Origin: a bacterium
Lineage (GTDB): Bacteria; Sysuimicrobiota; Sysuimicrobiia; Sysuimicrobiales; Kaftiobacteriaceae
Assembly (NCBI GenBank): GCA_044868695.1
Contig: JBIOWP010000105.1
Span: 1-64,000 of the forward strand
Direction of reading: 5' to 3'
Length of the DNA: 64,000 nucleotides
Shown here: piece by piece, positions 32,432-42,154 of the stretch
Layout: every line of letters begins with the position of its first letter
Numbering within the stretch: position 1 is the first letter of the stretch
Notes under the pieces: generated by a model
Told to the model about the DNA's origin: nothing
The model's database searches: none
Seen by the model: the letters and a program-made list of their open reading frames with translations, nothing else
Program-made: the position numbers and the translations under genes

Positions 32432-33781
32432 GTGGCGAAGGGGCGTCTTCAGTACGTCTGCCAGTCCTGCGGGTACACCTCGGCGAAGTGGCTGGGACGG
32501 TGCCCGTCGTGTGAGGCGTGGAATTCGTTCGTCGAAGAGGCGCCTGCCGAGACGCGCCTCCCGACGTCCGCGGGGCCGCCCGCCGCGCCCGTGGCCATTA
32601 CCGACGTGGTCGCCGCCTCCGAGCCCCGCATGGCGACCGGACTGCGTGAGCTCGATCGCGTCCTGGGGGGCGGGCTCGTGCCGGGGTCGCTGGTCCTGAT
32701 CGGCGGAGATCCGGGAATCGGGAAGTCCACCCTGCTGACGATGGCCTGCCGGCACCTGGCCGAACAGGGCCGGCCGGTCCTCTATATCAGCGGCGAGGAA
32801 TCCATCACACAAATCAAGCTGAGAGCGGACCGGCTCGGGGTCGCGTCGCCGCACCTGCTCCTGCTGGCCGAGAACAGCCTGGATGCCATTCTGGGTGCCT
32901 GCGAGCGCGCGAAGCCGCACGTGGTCATCGTTGACTCCATCCAGACGGTCTACAAGGCCGACCTGGCGTCTGCGCCGGGCAGCGTCGGCCAGGTGCGGGA
33001 GTGCACGGCCGACCTGATGCGGCTGGCCAAAGGGCAGAACGTGACCGTGCTCATCGTGGGGCACGTGACCAAAGAAGGTCAGCTGGCCGGCCCGCGGGTG
33101 CTGGAGCACATCGTGGACACCGTGCTCTACTTCGAAGGGGACCGGCATCACGCGTACCGCATCGTCCGCGCGACGAAGAACCGGTTCGGCTCGACCAACG
33201 AGATCGGCGTGTTTGAGATGCGCGCGGACGGCCTGCGCGAGGTGCCCAATCCCTCGGCGGCGTTCCTGTCCGAACGGGCCGCGGAGGCGCCGGGCTCGGT
33301 GGTGGTCTGCGCCGTAGAGGGCACGCGGCCGCTGCTCGTTGAAGTGCAGGCCCTGGTCACGCCGACCGTCTTTGGGATGCCGCGGCGCACCGCGGCGGGA
33401 GTGGATTACAACCGCATGGTAGTGCTGCTCGCGGTGCTGGAAAAGCGCGCCGGACTGCACCTATCCAGCCACGACGTGTACGTCAGCGTGGCCGGCGGGG
33501 TAACCGTGGACGAGCCCGCTGTCGACCTGGGCGCGGCCGCCGCTGTGGCCAGCAGCCTCCGCGACCGTCCTGCCGATGCCGCCGCGGTGGCGGTCGGCGA
33601 AGTCGGGCTGGCGGGGGAGATCCGGGTGGTGCCGCAGCTCGACAAGCGGGCCGCCGAAGCGGCGCGGATGGGGTTCCGGCGCTGCATCGTTCCGAAGCCC
33701 GCCGCGGAACTGGACGTGCCGGGTATTGAGCTCGTTCCCGTGGAGCACATTGGGGAAGCCCTGGCCAGGCTCATACCCTGA
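32432..33781 (+). CDS. radA: DNA repair protein RadA/Sms
   Basis: C4 zinc finger CQSCG..KWLGRCPSC, GGDPGIGKST and KNRFG. Confidence 0.97.
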   Translation: MAKGRLQYVCQSCGYTSAKWLGRCPSCEAWNSFVEEAPAETRLPTSAGPPAAPVAITDVVAASEPRMATGLRELDRVLGGGLVPGSLVLIGGDPGIGKSTLLTMACRHLAEQGRPVLYISGEESITQIKLRADRLGVASPHLLLLAENSLDAILGACERAKPHVVIVDSIQTVYKADLASAPGSVGQVRECTADLMRLAKGQNVTVLIVGHVTKEGQLAGPRVLEHIVDTVLYFEGDRHHAYRIVRATKNRFGSTNEIGVFEMRADGLREVPNPSAAFLSERAAEAPGSVVVCAVEGTRPLLVEVQALVTPTVFGMPRRTAAGVDYNRMVVLLAVLEKRAGLHLSSHDVYVSVAGGVTVDEPAVDLGAAAAVASSLRDRPADAAAVAVGEVGLAGEIRVVPQLDKRAAEAARMGFRRCIVPKPAAELDVPGIELVPVEHIGEALARLIP

Positions 33782-33786
33782 AATTA

Positions 33787-33905
33787 CGGGACCAGGGACC
33801 GAGGACCGGTACGAAAACGATGGGACTAAAATAACGGCACTCCGTAGCAGAGCACCTTTTGCTTCTTTAGGTTATCTGGTCCCTGGTCCCGGGTCCCCGG
33901 TCCCG
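33787..33905. repeat. GGGACCA heptamer inverted-repeat element between convergent genes
   Basis: GGGACCA GGGACCG AGGACCG ... TGGTCCC TGGTCCC GGGTCCC CGGTCCC. Confidence 0.8.
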
Positions 33906-33911
33906 CAGTTA

Positions 33912-34307
33912 TCAGGTGAGATTAAACACGCCTAAGGCACTGACGCGGGCATGTTCCTTTTCGAGGACCTGTCTGAGGTTTAGATCGAGGAGGCCGCACA
34001 GCGCGGCGAGATAGAACAGGGTCGAGCCGATCTCGGTCTCCACTACCTCGCGGCACTTCTCGCACATCTCTCCCACCAGGTGCGTTGCCATGAACTGTTT
34101 GAGTTCCCGCAGGCTGACGTCGGTGGGGAAGGTCTGCTTGCTGGCATTGACCGAGATGCACCCGCAGCTGGTGACAGACTTCGCGACCGCCCGGTTGATG
34201 CGGGCGGTCGCTTCGGTGAGCTTCGTTTGAACGTCAAGGATACTGCGATGCCGGAGCAGATATTCGGAGACCGTCGCCTGAAAATGCGCTTCGTCGGTGT
34301 GCTTCAT
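33912..34307 (-). CDS. Conserved hypothetical protein with CxC and CxxC motifs, MazG-like helical pattern
   Basis: LLRHRSILD, TSCGCI and MCEKCREVVETEIG; GGGGGG RBS and a consensus promoter upstream. Confidence 0.75.
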   Translation of the reverse strand: MKHTDEAHFQATVSEYLLRHRSILDVQTKLTEATARINRAVAKSVTSCGCISVNASKQTFPTDVSLRELKQFMATHLVGEMCEKCREVVETEIGSTLFYLAALCGLLDLNLRQVLEKEHARVSALGVFNLT

Positions 34308-34357
34308 TCCGCCCCCCTGAGATGCTCCGCACCGCGCGTGCAGGCTAGGACGCTGTC

Positions 34358-34387
34358 ATTATAGGTGTCGCCGCAAATCATTGTCAA
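34358..34387 (-). promoter_or_regulatory. Sigma70-type promoter
   Basis: TTGACA-18 bp-TATAAT on the minus strand. Confidence 0.7.
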
Positions 34388-34466
34388 GGAAGGCGCGGTG
34401 ACAGTTGCACGTCCCCGTATGGGATGGGTTATAGTTAGAGAAGAACACGGAAGGTGTGACTCTACT

Positions 34467-35540
34467 ATGACGTGGGCGATACGGCTGGCCGGCCTGGTCC
34501 TCGGCGCGGTAGTCGGGGGACAGGTGGCCGGTGAACTTCCAACAACGTCAATCGTCGTCGGGCCGCTCGGAGTGCCGGTCCCGGTGGTGGGAATTGTCAT
34601 CGGCGGGCTGCTGGGCGCGCTGCCGGCCGTATGGGTCTGGCGGCGCTTCGAGCGGACGATGGCCTGGGTGCTGGGCCGGCTCGCGCACGTCTCGCTGCGC
34701 GACGTGGCCCTGGGGCTGCTGGGTCTGAGCGCCGGCCTGGTGCTGGCGTTCCTGATCGGCTACCCGCTCTCGCGGATTCCCGGCATCGGGAACTATCTGG
34801 CGCTGGCCGCGGCCATTGTGCTGGCCTATCTCGGGTATCACCTGGTGATGCAGCGCCGCGATGAGCTCAGCAGTTCGCTGTCGCGGATGGACCGCTCGGC
34901 GCGCGGCGGTTCGAAAGGCCGGGGGACCCCCAAGGTGCTGGACACCAGCGTCATCATCGACGGCCGGATCGCCGACGTCGTCAAGGCCGGGTTCCTGGAA
35001 GGACCACTGCTGGTGCCGCGCACGGTGCTGGCCGAACTACAGCGCATTGCCGACTCCTCCGATACGCTCCGCCGCAACCGCGGCCGGCGCGGGCTGGACA
35101 TCCTGCAGCGGCTCCAGCAGGACCTGCAAGCGGTGCAGATCGTCGAAGACCCGAAAGACGGCGGCGGCGACGTGGATGGGTCACTGGTCACGATGGCCAA
35201 GACCGTCCGCGGATGGATCGTGACCAACGACTTCAACCTCAACAAGGTCGCCGAGCTGCAGGGGATCCGGGTGCTGAACATCAACGAACTCTCGCAGGCG
35301 CTGCGCCCGGTGGTGCTGCCGGGGGAGGAGCTGACCGTCCAGGTGATCAAGGACGGCAAGGAAGCCGGTCAGGGCGTCGGGTACCTCGACGACGGCACCA
35401 TGGTCGTCGTCGAGGGAGGCAAGAAACACATCGGCGAAGCGTCGGAGGTCATCGTCACCAGCGTGCTGCAGACCGTGGCCGGCCGGATGATCTTCGGGCG
35501 GCCGAAGGAAGCGCAGGGCGCTCAGTCGGAGCGGCGATGA
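34467..35540 (+). CDS. yacL: Membrane PIN/TRAM domain protein (YacL family)
   Basis: TM N-terminus, [35 protein letters not shown] and [10 protein letters not shown]. Confidence 0.92.
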   Translation: MTWAIRLAGLVLGAVVGGQVAGELPTTSIVVGPLGVPVPVVGIVIGGLLGALPAVWVWRRFERTMAWVLGRLAHVSLRDVALGLLGLSAGLVLAFLIGYPLSRIPGIGNYLALAAAIVLAYLGYHLVMQRRDELSSSLSRMDRSARGGSKGRGTPKVLDTSVIIDGRIADVVKAGFLEGPLLVPRTVLAELQRIADSSDTLRRNRGRRGLDILQRLQQDLQAVQIVEDPKDGGGDVDGSLVTMAKTVRGWIVTNDFNLNKVAELQGIRVLNINELSQALRPVVLPGEELTVQVIKDGKEAGQGVGYLDDGTMVVVEGGKKHIGEASEVIVTSVLQTVAGRMIFGRPKEAQGAQSERR

Positions 35541-36700
35541 CCGCCGCGAACGCGGCAGCGGTCATCGTCGCCGCGGGCCGCGGCGAGCGTCTCCACAGTA
35601 CCCTCCCCAAAGCGTTCGTTCCCGTCGCCGGGATTCCCATACTCTTGCACGCGGTCCGGCGGGTCGTCCAGGCGCCGGTCGTTGACCGTGTGGTCGTTGT
35701 CGTCGGCTGGCCCGACGTCGAGCGGACCCGCACGCTGCTCGCCACGAGCGGCGTCCAGAAGGTTGCCGCCGTCGTCCCCGGTGGGGCCCACCGTCAGGAC
35801 TCTGTCTCCGCCGGGCTCGCCGAGGTCGGCGATGCGCCGGTGTCGGTCGTGCACGACGGGGCCCGGCCGCTCGTCACCCCGGCGGTGATTACGGCAGTCG
35901 TGGATGCCGCGGTGGAGGCGGGCGCGGCCTCGGCCGGTGTCCCGGTGCGCGAGACGGTCAAGCAGGTTGAAGGCCGCGACGCCATCACGACACTCGATCG
36001 CGACCGGCTGTGGGTCGCACGCACTCCCCAGGCGTTCCGCACCGACCTGCTGCGGGAGGCGCATCGCCGGGCGAAGGAAGACGGGTTCTCCGGCACCGAT
36101 GACGCGGTGCTGGTGGAACGTCTCGGCCACCGCGTCCGGATGGTGGAGGACTCGCCGCAGAATCTGAAGATCACCGTGCCCGCCGACATCGAGCTGGCTG
36201 AGGCGTATCTGGGCCGTGGGGTCGTACGCACCGGCATCGGGTACGATGCGCACCGGCTGGCGATGGGCCGGCAGCTGCGCCTGGGCGGAGTGGAGATCCC
36301 GTTCCCCCGCGGTCTGGCAGGACACTCCGACGCCGACGTGCTCACCCACGCGGTCATGGATGCGCTGTTGGGCGCCGCCGGGCTGGGTGATATCGGGACG
36401 CACTTTTCTCCCTCAGATCCTGCGTACGCGGGGGCCGACAGTCTCGAGCTGCTCCGCCGTGTCGGCGCCCTGGTGACCGGCGGAGGCTGGCGTATTGTCC
36501 ACGTGGACGCCGTCGTCCTGGCCGAAGCCCCGCACCTGGCGCCCCATGTGGGGGAGATGCGCGTGCGCCTCGCCGCCGTCCTTGGCCTCGAGCCACCGTC
36601 TGTGAGCATCAAGGCCACCACCACAGAAGGCCTGGGCGCGATCGGGCGTGGGGAGGGCATAGCCGCGCAGGCCGTCGCGACCCTGGTCCAAGCCCCCTAG
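35537..36700 (+). CDS. ispDF: Bifunctional IspD/IspF
   Basis: IspD part: AAGRGER, PKAF, HDGARP, TPQAF, NLKIT. IspF part: [31 protein letters not shown]. Confidence 0.95.
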   Translation: MTAANAAAVIVAAGRGERLHSTLPKAFVPVAGIPILLHAVRRVVQAPVVDRVVVVVGWPDVERTRTLLATSGVQKVAAVVPGGAHRQDSVSAGLAEVGDAPVSVVHDGARPLVTPAVITAVVDAAVEAGAASAGVPVRETVKQVEGRDAITTLDRDRLWVARTPQAFRTDLLREAHRRAKEDGFSGTDDAVLVERLGHRVRMVEDSPQNLKITVPADIELAEAYLGRGVVRTGIGYDAHRLAMGRQLRLGGVEIPFPRGLAGHSDADVLTHAVMDALLGAAGLGDIGTHFSPSDPAYAGADSLELLRRVGALVTGGGWRIVHVDAVVLAEAPHLAPHVGEMRVRLAAVLGLEPPSVSIKATTTEGLGAIGRGEGIAAQAVATLVQAP

Positions 36701-37020
36701 TGCAGGAGCGCCGCTCCCTTCCCCAACTGCTGTTTGTGGAGCGCAAGGTGGTGGCCGATCCCATTACCGTGGAGGTGGACCGGCCGGCCGCGGTCCATCC
36801 GCGCATGAGCGGATTCTGGCGGGCGGGGGAATTCTACCAGGTCGTCAAGATCGTTGAGACCCGGCTCGAAGCGGGCGAGGCGTTTTTCCGGACCGTCACC
36901 GACCGGGGGTGCGTCGACGTCAGGCGCTACCACCGGGTCGACGCGCGGACCCTGCGGTCGTCCGTCGCGTGGGAAGTCTGCGCCGAGCTCGACGCGGTCG
37001 AAATCCACCGGACACCGTGA
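36700..37020 (+). CDS. Hypothetical protein (DUF6504-like beta-rich pattern)
   Basis: 106 aa ORF coupled to ispDF: DPITVE...FWRAGEFYQVVKIVE...FFRTVT. Confidence 0.6.
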   Translation: MQERRSLPQLLFVERKVVADPITVEVDRPAAVHPRMSGFWRAGEFYQVVKIVETRLEAGEAFFRTVTDRGCVDVRRYHRVDARTLRSSVAWEVCAELDAVEIHRTP

Positions 37021-37058
37021 ATGACTTCTTTTGATACACTCGGGGATGAGGTTCTGGG

Positions 37059-38603
37059 ATGGGACTTCGCCTTCATAACACGCTGACCAGGAAGGTTGAA
37101 GCGTTCACTCCGCAGACCCCCGGGGTCGTACGGCTCTACGTCTGCGGGCCCAATCTCTACGGGCCGGCTCACGTCGGGCATGGATTCAGCTACGCGTTCT
37201 TCGACGTCCTGCGCCGCTATCTGGAGTACCGGGGTCTTCGCGTCATCCACGTGCAGAACTTTACCGACATCGAGGATCGGATCATCGAGCGGGCCGTCCA
37301 AGAGGGCCGCGGCATCCCCGAGATCGCCCAGGAGAATATCGACCGGTTCCTCCGGGAGATGGACGCCCTCGGCATCCGCCGGGCCGACCACTACCCGCGC
37401 GCGTCGGAGATGATCCTCAAGATCGTCGAGATCGTGCAGGGACTTATCGCGAAGGGATCTGCCTACCGCGTGAACGGGGACGTGTACTTCCGCGTCGCGT
37501 CGTTTCCGAGGTATCTGCGGCTGTCCGGGCGCACCTTGGAGGAGATGCAGGCGGGGGCGCGCATCGAGCCCGATCCGCGCAAACAGCACCCGATGGACTT
37601 CGCCCTCTGGAAGGCGGCCCGGCCCGGCGAACCGAACTGGCCCAGCCCCTGGGGTCCCGGCCGGCCGGGCTGGCACGTCGAATGTACCGCGATGAACCTG
37701 CAGTATCTCGGTCTCCCGGTCGACATTCACGGCGGGGGCGAGGACCTTGTGTTTCCGCATCACGAAAACGAGATCGCCCAGTCGGAAAGCTACACCGGAC
37801 AGACGCCCTTCGTGCGCTACTGGCTGCACAATGCGTTGATGAAGCCGCCGGTCGGCGACGAGATGCACCGGCACCTCGGGAACTTCGTGTCCCTGAACGA
37901 GGCACTGGCGCGCTACGAACCCGACGCCATCCGCCTGTTCTACCTCAGCGCGCACTACCGGACGCCGCTGCGGTGGACCGGCGAGGCCGTACGCGCGTCC
38001 GCCCGAGGTCTCGAGCGGCTGCGCACGGCCCTCGTCAACGCGGGGGAGGGGGCTGCCGGGGTCACCGACGGAGGGGACGGCGGGCTGGAAGATGCCGCGC
38101 GCTGGGCGCGGGAGTCCTTTGAGCAGGCCATGGACGACGACGTCAATACGCCGCAGGCGCTGGCCGCACTCTTCACGCTAGCCGGGGAGATCAACAGGGC
38201 TGCCGACCCGGGGTCCAAAGGGGCGGGGCGGGGCCGTGCCGGGCTGCAGCTCGCGGTGGCAACCCTGCGGGATCTGGCCGGCGTGCTGGGGCTTTCGCTG
38301 CGGCCGCAGGGTCTGACCCCCGGACTGCTCGCCGGCCTGCAGACGGTGCTGGCCGAGGTCCGCGGAGAAGCCGCCGACCTCTTTCCGGATACGGCCGGCG
38401 CCCAGGACCCTGAGGTTCTCATCCGCGTCCTCCTTGCGGGGCGGGAACGCGCGCGCGCGCGCCGCGCCTACGCCATCGCCGATCGCGTGCGGGCCCGGCT
38501 GGGGGACCTCGGGATTCAGATTGAAGATCTGCCGACCGGTCCCAGGTGGCGCGTCACGTCGACCGATGGACTCCGGCCCCCTGCCGATGACCAGGGGTCC
38601 TGA
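37059..38603 (+). CDS. cysS: Cysteine--tRNA ligase with an atypical KMSKS loop
   Basis: YVCGP, HVGH, NFTDIED, DFALWK, GRPGWHVEC, DIHGGGEDLVFPHHENE and DDDVNTP. Confidence 0.92.
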   Translation: MGLRLHNTLTRKVEAFTPQTPGVVRLYVCGPNLYGPAHVGHGFSYAFFDVLRRYLEYRGLRVIHVQNFTDIEDRIIERAVQEGRGIPEIAQENIDRFLREMDALGIRRADHYPRASEMILKIVEIVQGLIAKGSAYRVNGDVYFRVASFPRYLRLSGRTLEEMQAGARIEPDPRKQHPMDFALWKAARPGEPNWPSPWGPGRPGWHVECTAMNLQYLGLPVDIHGGGEDLVFPHHENEIAQSESYTGQTPFVRYWLHNALMKPPVGDEMHRHLGNFVSLNEALARYEPDAIRLFYLSAHYRTPLRWTGEAVRASARGLERLRTALVNAGEGAAGVTDGGDGGLEDAARWARESFEQAMDDDVNTPQALAALFTLAGEINRAADPGSKGAGRGRAGLQLAVATLRDLAGVLGLSLRPQGLTPGLLAGLQTVLAEVRGEAADLFPDTAGAQDPEVLIRVLLAGRERARARRAYAIADRVRARLGDLGIQIEDLPTGPRWRVTSTDGLRPPADDQGS

Positions 38604-39387
38604 GCGCGGCGACCGCGGGGCTTCCTCCGACGCGATCCCCGGACGGCGCGCCGTGCTGGAGGCGCTGCGCGCGCGGCGGCCGCTGCGGAAGGTGCTCATC
38701 AGCCGGACGGCGCACGGCGCCAACATCCATGAGATCATTCAGGAAGCCCGGCAGCACGACGTCGTGGTGCAGTTTGTCGACGACCACCGGTTGGACGATC
38801 TGGTCCGCGCGGCGCGACACCAGGGGGTTGTGGCGCTGGCGTCTGCCAAGCCGACGGTGGCCGTTGACGACATCCTTGCCGCCGCGCGCAGCCGCAATCA
38901 GCCTCCTCTCGTCCTGGTCCTCGATGGCGTCGAGGATCCGGCCAATCTCGGCGCCATTGTTCGCACCGCCGAGGCGGCGGGCGTGCACGGGCTGATCATC
39001 CCCAAACACCGCGCCGCCGGGCTGACCTCCACCGTCGCCAAGGTGGCGGCCGGCGCGCTTGAGTATCTGCCCGTCGCGCAGGTCACCAACGTCACCCGCA
39101 CGCTGGAGGAGCTCAAGGAGGCCGGCCTGTGGGTGGCCGGCGCCGACCCGGGCGCCGATGAACTGTATCACGACGCGCGCCTGATGCCCCCGCTCGCCCT
39201 GGTGATGGGGAAGGAAGGGAAGGGTCTCAGCCGGTTGGTGCGCGAGCACTGCGATATCCTGGTGCGCCTCCCGATGCGGGGGCGCGTCGAGTCGCTCAAC
39301 GTGGCGGTCGCGACGGCCGTGCTCCTGTATGAGGTGGTCCGGCAGATGGTATCGACACCTCCGGCGGAACCGTCCGAGCGGCACTGA
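38587..39387 (+). CDS. rlmB: 23S rRNA (G2251-2'-O) methyltransferase, TrmH family
   Basis: HQGVVA, LDGVEDPANLGAI, GKEGKG and ESLNV. Confidence 0.93.
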   Translation: MTRGPERGDRGASSDAIPGRRAVLEALRARRPLRKVLISRTAHGANIHEIIQEARQHDVVVQFVDDHRLDDLVRAARHQGVVALASAKPTVAVDDILAAARSRNQPPLVLVLDGVEDPANLGAIVRTAEAAGVHGLIIPKHRAAGLTSTVAKVAAGALEYLPVAQVTNVTRTLEELKEAGLWVAGADPGADELYHDARLMPPLALVMGKEGKGLSRLVREHCDILVRLPMRGRVESLNVAVATAVLLYEVVRQMVSTPPAEPSERH

Positions 39388-39422
39388 CCCCAGCCGGCCC
39401 GGGTTCCAAGCGCACCTTTTCC

Positions 39423-39451
39423 TTGACGCGTACAGAGGTGGTTCGTATAAT
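39423..39451 (+). promoter_or_regulatory. Sigma70-type promoter for sigH
   Basis: TTGACG-17 bp-TATAAT. Confidence 0.8.
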
Positions 39452-39493
39452 GAGCATCGAATCTCATTCCTCTTTTCTCCGCGGAGGCGAAGA

Positions 39494-40132
39494 GTGGCTC
39501 TAGCGCGACGGGACGCACCGACGTACGCTGAAATGGGAGATGAAGACCTCGTCGCCTCGGCAAAATCAGGCGACGATCACGCAAGCGAATACCTCATCAA
39601 CAAGTACCGCAACTTCGTCCGCGTCAAGGCCAAGGCCTACTTCCTCATCGGAGCCGACCGGGAAGATATCATCCAGGAGGGCATGATCGGCCTGTACAAG
39701 GCAATCCGCGATTTCCGGGCCGACAAACTCTCCTCGTTCCGCGCGTTCGCCGAGCTGTGCATCACCCGCCAGATCATCACCGCGATCAAGACCGCGACGC
39801 GCCAGAAGCATATCCCATTGAACTCCTACATCTCGTTGAACAAGCCGATCTACGACGAGGACTCCGACCGCACCCTGCTGGACGTGATCAGCAGCATCAA
39901 GGTCAGCGACCCGGAGGAACTCGTCATCAATCAGGAAGCTTCCGCGACGATGCGGGAGCGTATCCGCAAGAATCTCAGCGAGCTGGAGTGCAAGGTCCTG
40001 ACGGCCTACCTGGAGGGTAAGTCCTACCAGGAAATGGCCAATGAGCTCAACCGTCATGTGAAGTCCATCGACAACGCCCTCCAGCGCGTGAAGCGCAAGC
40101 TGGAACGCAACCTGGAAGGTGAGGAAGACTAG
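39494..40132 (+). CDS. sigH: RNA polymerase sigma factor SigH (Spo0H-like)
   Basis: YFLIGADREDIIQEGMIGLYKAIRDF, TRQKHIPLNSYISL and KSIDNALQRVKRKL; lies after rlmB. Confidence 0.95.
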   Translation: MALARRDAPTYAEMGDEDLVASAKSGDDHASEYLINKYRNFVRVKAKAYFLIGADREDIIQEGMIGLYKAIRDFRADKLSSFRAFAELCITRQIITAIKTATRQKHIPLNSYISLNKPIYDEDSDRTLLDVISSIKVSDPEELVINQEASATMRERIRKNLSELECKVLTAYLEGKSYQEMANELNRHVKSIDNALQRVKRKLERNLEGEED

Positions 40133-40158
40133 GCGATCGCGACCGCGGATCGTGTCTT

Positions 40159-40190
40159 AAGGGGATGAGGCAGGGCCTCATCCCCTTTCT
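40159..40190 (+). terminator. Intrinsic terminator after sigH
   Basis: AAGGGGATGAGGC-AGG-GCCTCATCCCCTT-TCT. Confidence 0.7.
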
Positions 40191-40205
40191 GCTTGGAGGC
40201 GCGTC

Positions 40206-40346
40206 GTGCTCCGAATCCTATGCCCCGCGTGCCGGCTCGCGTTCATGCAGCTGGCCTCTGCTGAGGACGAACAGGTGATCTGTCCACGGTGCGGGACCCG
40301 ATTTCAACCCGATGAGGAGGAGCTGGTGGATCCGGAGGATGAGTGA
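40206..40346 (+). CDS. 46-aa zinc-ribbon protein with an acidic tail (not in the ORF track)
   Basis: GGAGG RBS then GTG; VLRILCPACRLAFMQLASAEDEQVICPRCGTRFQPDEEELVDPEDE*. Confidence 0.7.
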   Translation: MLRILCPACRLAFMQLASAEDEQVICPRCGTRFQPDEEELVDPEDE

Positions 40347-40370
40347 GAGGGACTGGGTGTCGGGGGTTAG

Positions 40371-41090
40371 GTGTCAGAGATGACCGCAGACCCGGTCCCA
40401 TCGGGTCGCGAGGTGATCGAACGCGTCACGACAGCGACAGGGGAATGGCAACTGCAGCGCCGCGAGGGGCACTTCGAGGTCATCTGCAACGGCATCTTCT
40501 TGATGGCGTCGTACAACCAGTCGTCCAACCGGCAGCTGGCGACCCTGGCGCTGGGCGGGGTGAGGGGGGAGGGCCTGCGGGTGCTGATCGGCGGACTGGG
40601 GATCGGGTACACTGCCCAGGCCGCGCTGGAAGATCCCCGGGTCAGGCGGCTGGAGATCGTGGAGATCGAGCCAGCCGTCGTGGCCTGGCACCGGGCCCAC
40701 TTTTCAGGGCTGTGCGGGCGGCCCCTGGCCGACCCCCGGACCGTCCTCGTGGAGGGCGACTTGAACGACGTGCCCTTGAGCCCCGGCTCCTACGACGCCA
40801 TCCTGCTGGATACTGACAATGGGCCGGGGTGGCTGGCCAGACCGGACAACCGCCGCCTGTACACGCCCGCCGGTGTCGAGCGTATCATCCAGTCGCTGAC
40901 CCCCCAGGGGATCGTCGGGTATTGGTCCGCCCACCAGGCCGAGGAGTTTTCGGCCTCACTCCGGTTGCCGGAGCGGGTCGTCCGCGAAATCGAGGTGCCG
41001 GAGGCGATTACGCCGGACCGCCGGGGAAACGCCTGGGTGTACCTGGTGCAGCGTGCGGAGGGGCCTGCTAGCCGCCTATCTGGATCATGA
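40371..41090 (+). CDS. Spermidine synthase-like SAM-binding protein
   Basis: CNGIFLMAS, VLIGGLGIGYT, VEIEP and LLDTDNGP. Confidence 0.85.
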   Translation: MSEMTADPVPSGREVIERVTTATGEWQLQRREGHFEVICNGIFLMASYNQSSNRQLATLALGGVRGEGLRVLIGGLGIGYTAQAALEDPRVRRLEIVEIEPAVVAWHRAHFSGLCGRPLADPRTVLVEGDLNDVPLSPGSYDAILLDTDNGPGWLARPDNRRLYTPAGVERIIQSLTPQGIVGYWSAHQAEEFSASLRLPERVVREIEVPEAITPDRRGNAWVYLVQRAEGPASRLSGS

Positions 41091-42045
41091 CGCGGGCCTG
41101 GGGGAACATCTTCTCGGCCAGCGCGTGCCCGAACGGCCGGCGGTACGCGGCGGCGTGGAAGATTTCCCTGACTTCCTCGTAGGACGCACCCGCCCGCAGG
41201 GGGGTTAGGAGATCCGCCTCGTCATCTCGCAGCAGGCACAGTCGAAGCCGGCCATCGGCCGTCAAGCGCAGGCGGCCGCACTTTGCGCAGAACGGTTGGC
41301 TGACCGGGCTGATGAAGCCGAGCGTTCCAGCCGCGCCGGGCAGATGGTAGGTGCGGGCCGGATCGTCGCCGGAGAGGTTGACGGGCTGCAGCTGCCCGAT
41401 GGCTCCCTCGATCCGCCCGATCGTCTCTTCGGACTTCACCACTCCTGCCTCGGCGAAATCTCCAACACTTCCGAACGGCATCATCTCGATGAACCGGACT
41501 TCCCAGGGATGCTGCAGCGTCAATGCCGCCAGGGGGACGACGTCTTCCTCGTTGAAGCCGCGGACCACGACGCTGTTGAGCTTGATCGGCTCCAGGCCGG
41601 CCCGTTCGGCCGCCGCGATCCCGCCCAGCACCTTGTCCACGCGGCCCCCTCGGGTGATGCGAAAGAACTTCTGGGGGTCCATCGTATCCAGGCTGATGTT
41701 GACGCGGCGCAGGCCGGCCTCCGCCAGCGGCGCTGCCAGGTACTCCAGCAGCAGGCCGTTGGTCGTCATGGCCACGTCCTCGATGCCGGAGATGGCGGCA
41801 ATCCGGCGGACCAGGTCCACGACGCCGGGCCGCACCGTCGGCTCGCCGCCGGTGAGCCGCACCCGCGTCACCCCGAGCTCCGCGGCCACTTTGACCAGCA
41901 GCACGAGTTCGCCGTCGGACAGAAGGTCTTCCGGCGGCCGGAAGTCGATCCCGTCGGCCGGCATGCAGTAGACGCACCGCAGGTTGCAGCGGTCCGTCAG
42001 GGAGATGCGCAGGTCCTTCAGTTCCCGCCCGTACTGGTCCTTCAT
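41068..42045 (-). CDS. moaA: GTP 3',8-cyclase (molybdenum cofactor biosynthesis)
   Basis: DRCNLRCVYCM, TGGEP, FCAKCGRLRLT...C and C-terminal MIQIGG. Confidence 0.96.
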   Translation of the reverse strand: MKDQYGRELKDLRISLTDRCNLRCVYCMPADGIDFRPPEDLLSDGELVLLVKVAAELGVTRVRLTGGEPTVRPGVVDLVRRIAAISGIEDVAMTTNGLLLEYLAAPLAEAGLRRVNISLDTMDPQKFFRITRGGRVDKVLGGIAAAERAGLEPIKLNSVVVRGFNEEDVVPLAALTLQHPWEVRFIEMMPFGSVGDFAEAGVVKSEETIGRIEGAIGQLQPVNLSGDDPARTYHLPGAAGTLGFISPVSQPFCAKCGRLRLTADGRLRLCLLRDDEADLLTPLRAGASYEEVREIFHAAAYRRPFGHALAEKMFPQARVMIQIGG

Positions 42046-42076
42046 GCGTCCTCCAGCGATGCCACGATTATACCAT

Positions 42077-42154
42077 CCGGTCATACATGGGGTCTGACCC
42101 TATTGAAGACTCCCGCCGGTCACACATAGGGTCTGACCATATTGAAGACTCGCA
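42077..42154. repeat. Imperfect 39-bp tandem duplication with a GGGTCTGACCC palindrome
   Basis: CCGGTCATACATGGGGTCTGACCCTATTGAAGACTC versus CCGGTCACACATAGGGTCTGACCATATTGAAGACTC. Confidence 0.85.

Noticed and set aside
37021..37058. T-box leader upstream of cysS
   Set aside because: The intergenic gap is under 40 bp and has no T-box consensus.
42077..42154. Possible CRISPR array, because the units end in ATTGAAGAC and contain a palindrome
   Set aside because: Only two units, directly adjacent with at most about 5 variable bases, so there is no spacer. No cas genes are in the window.
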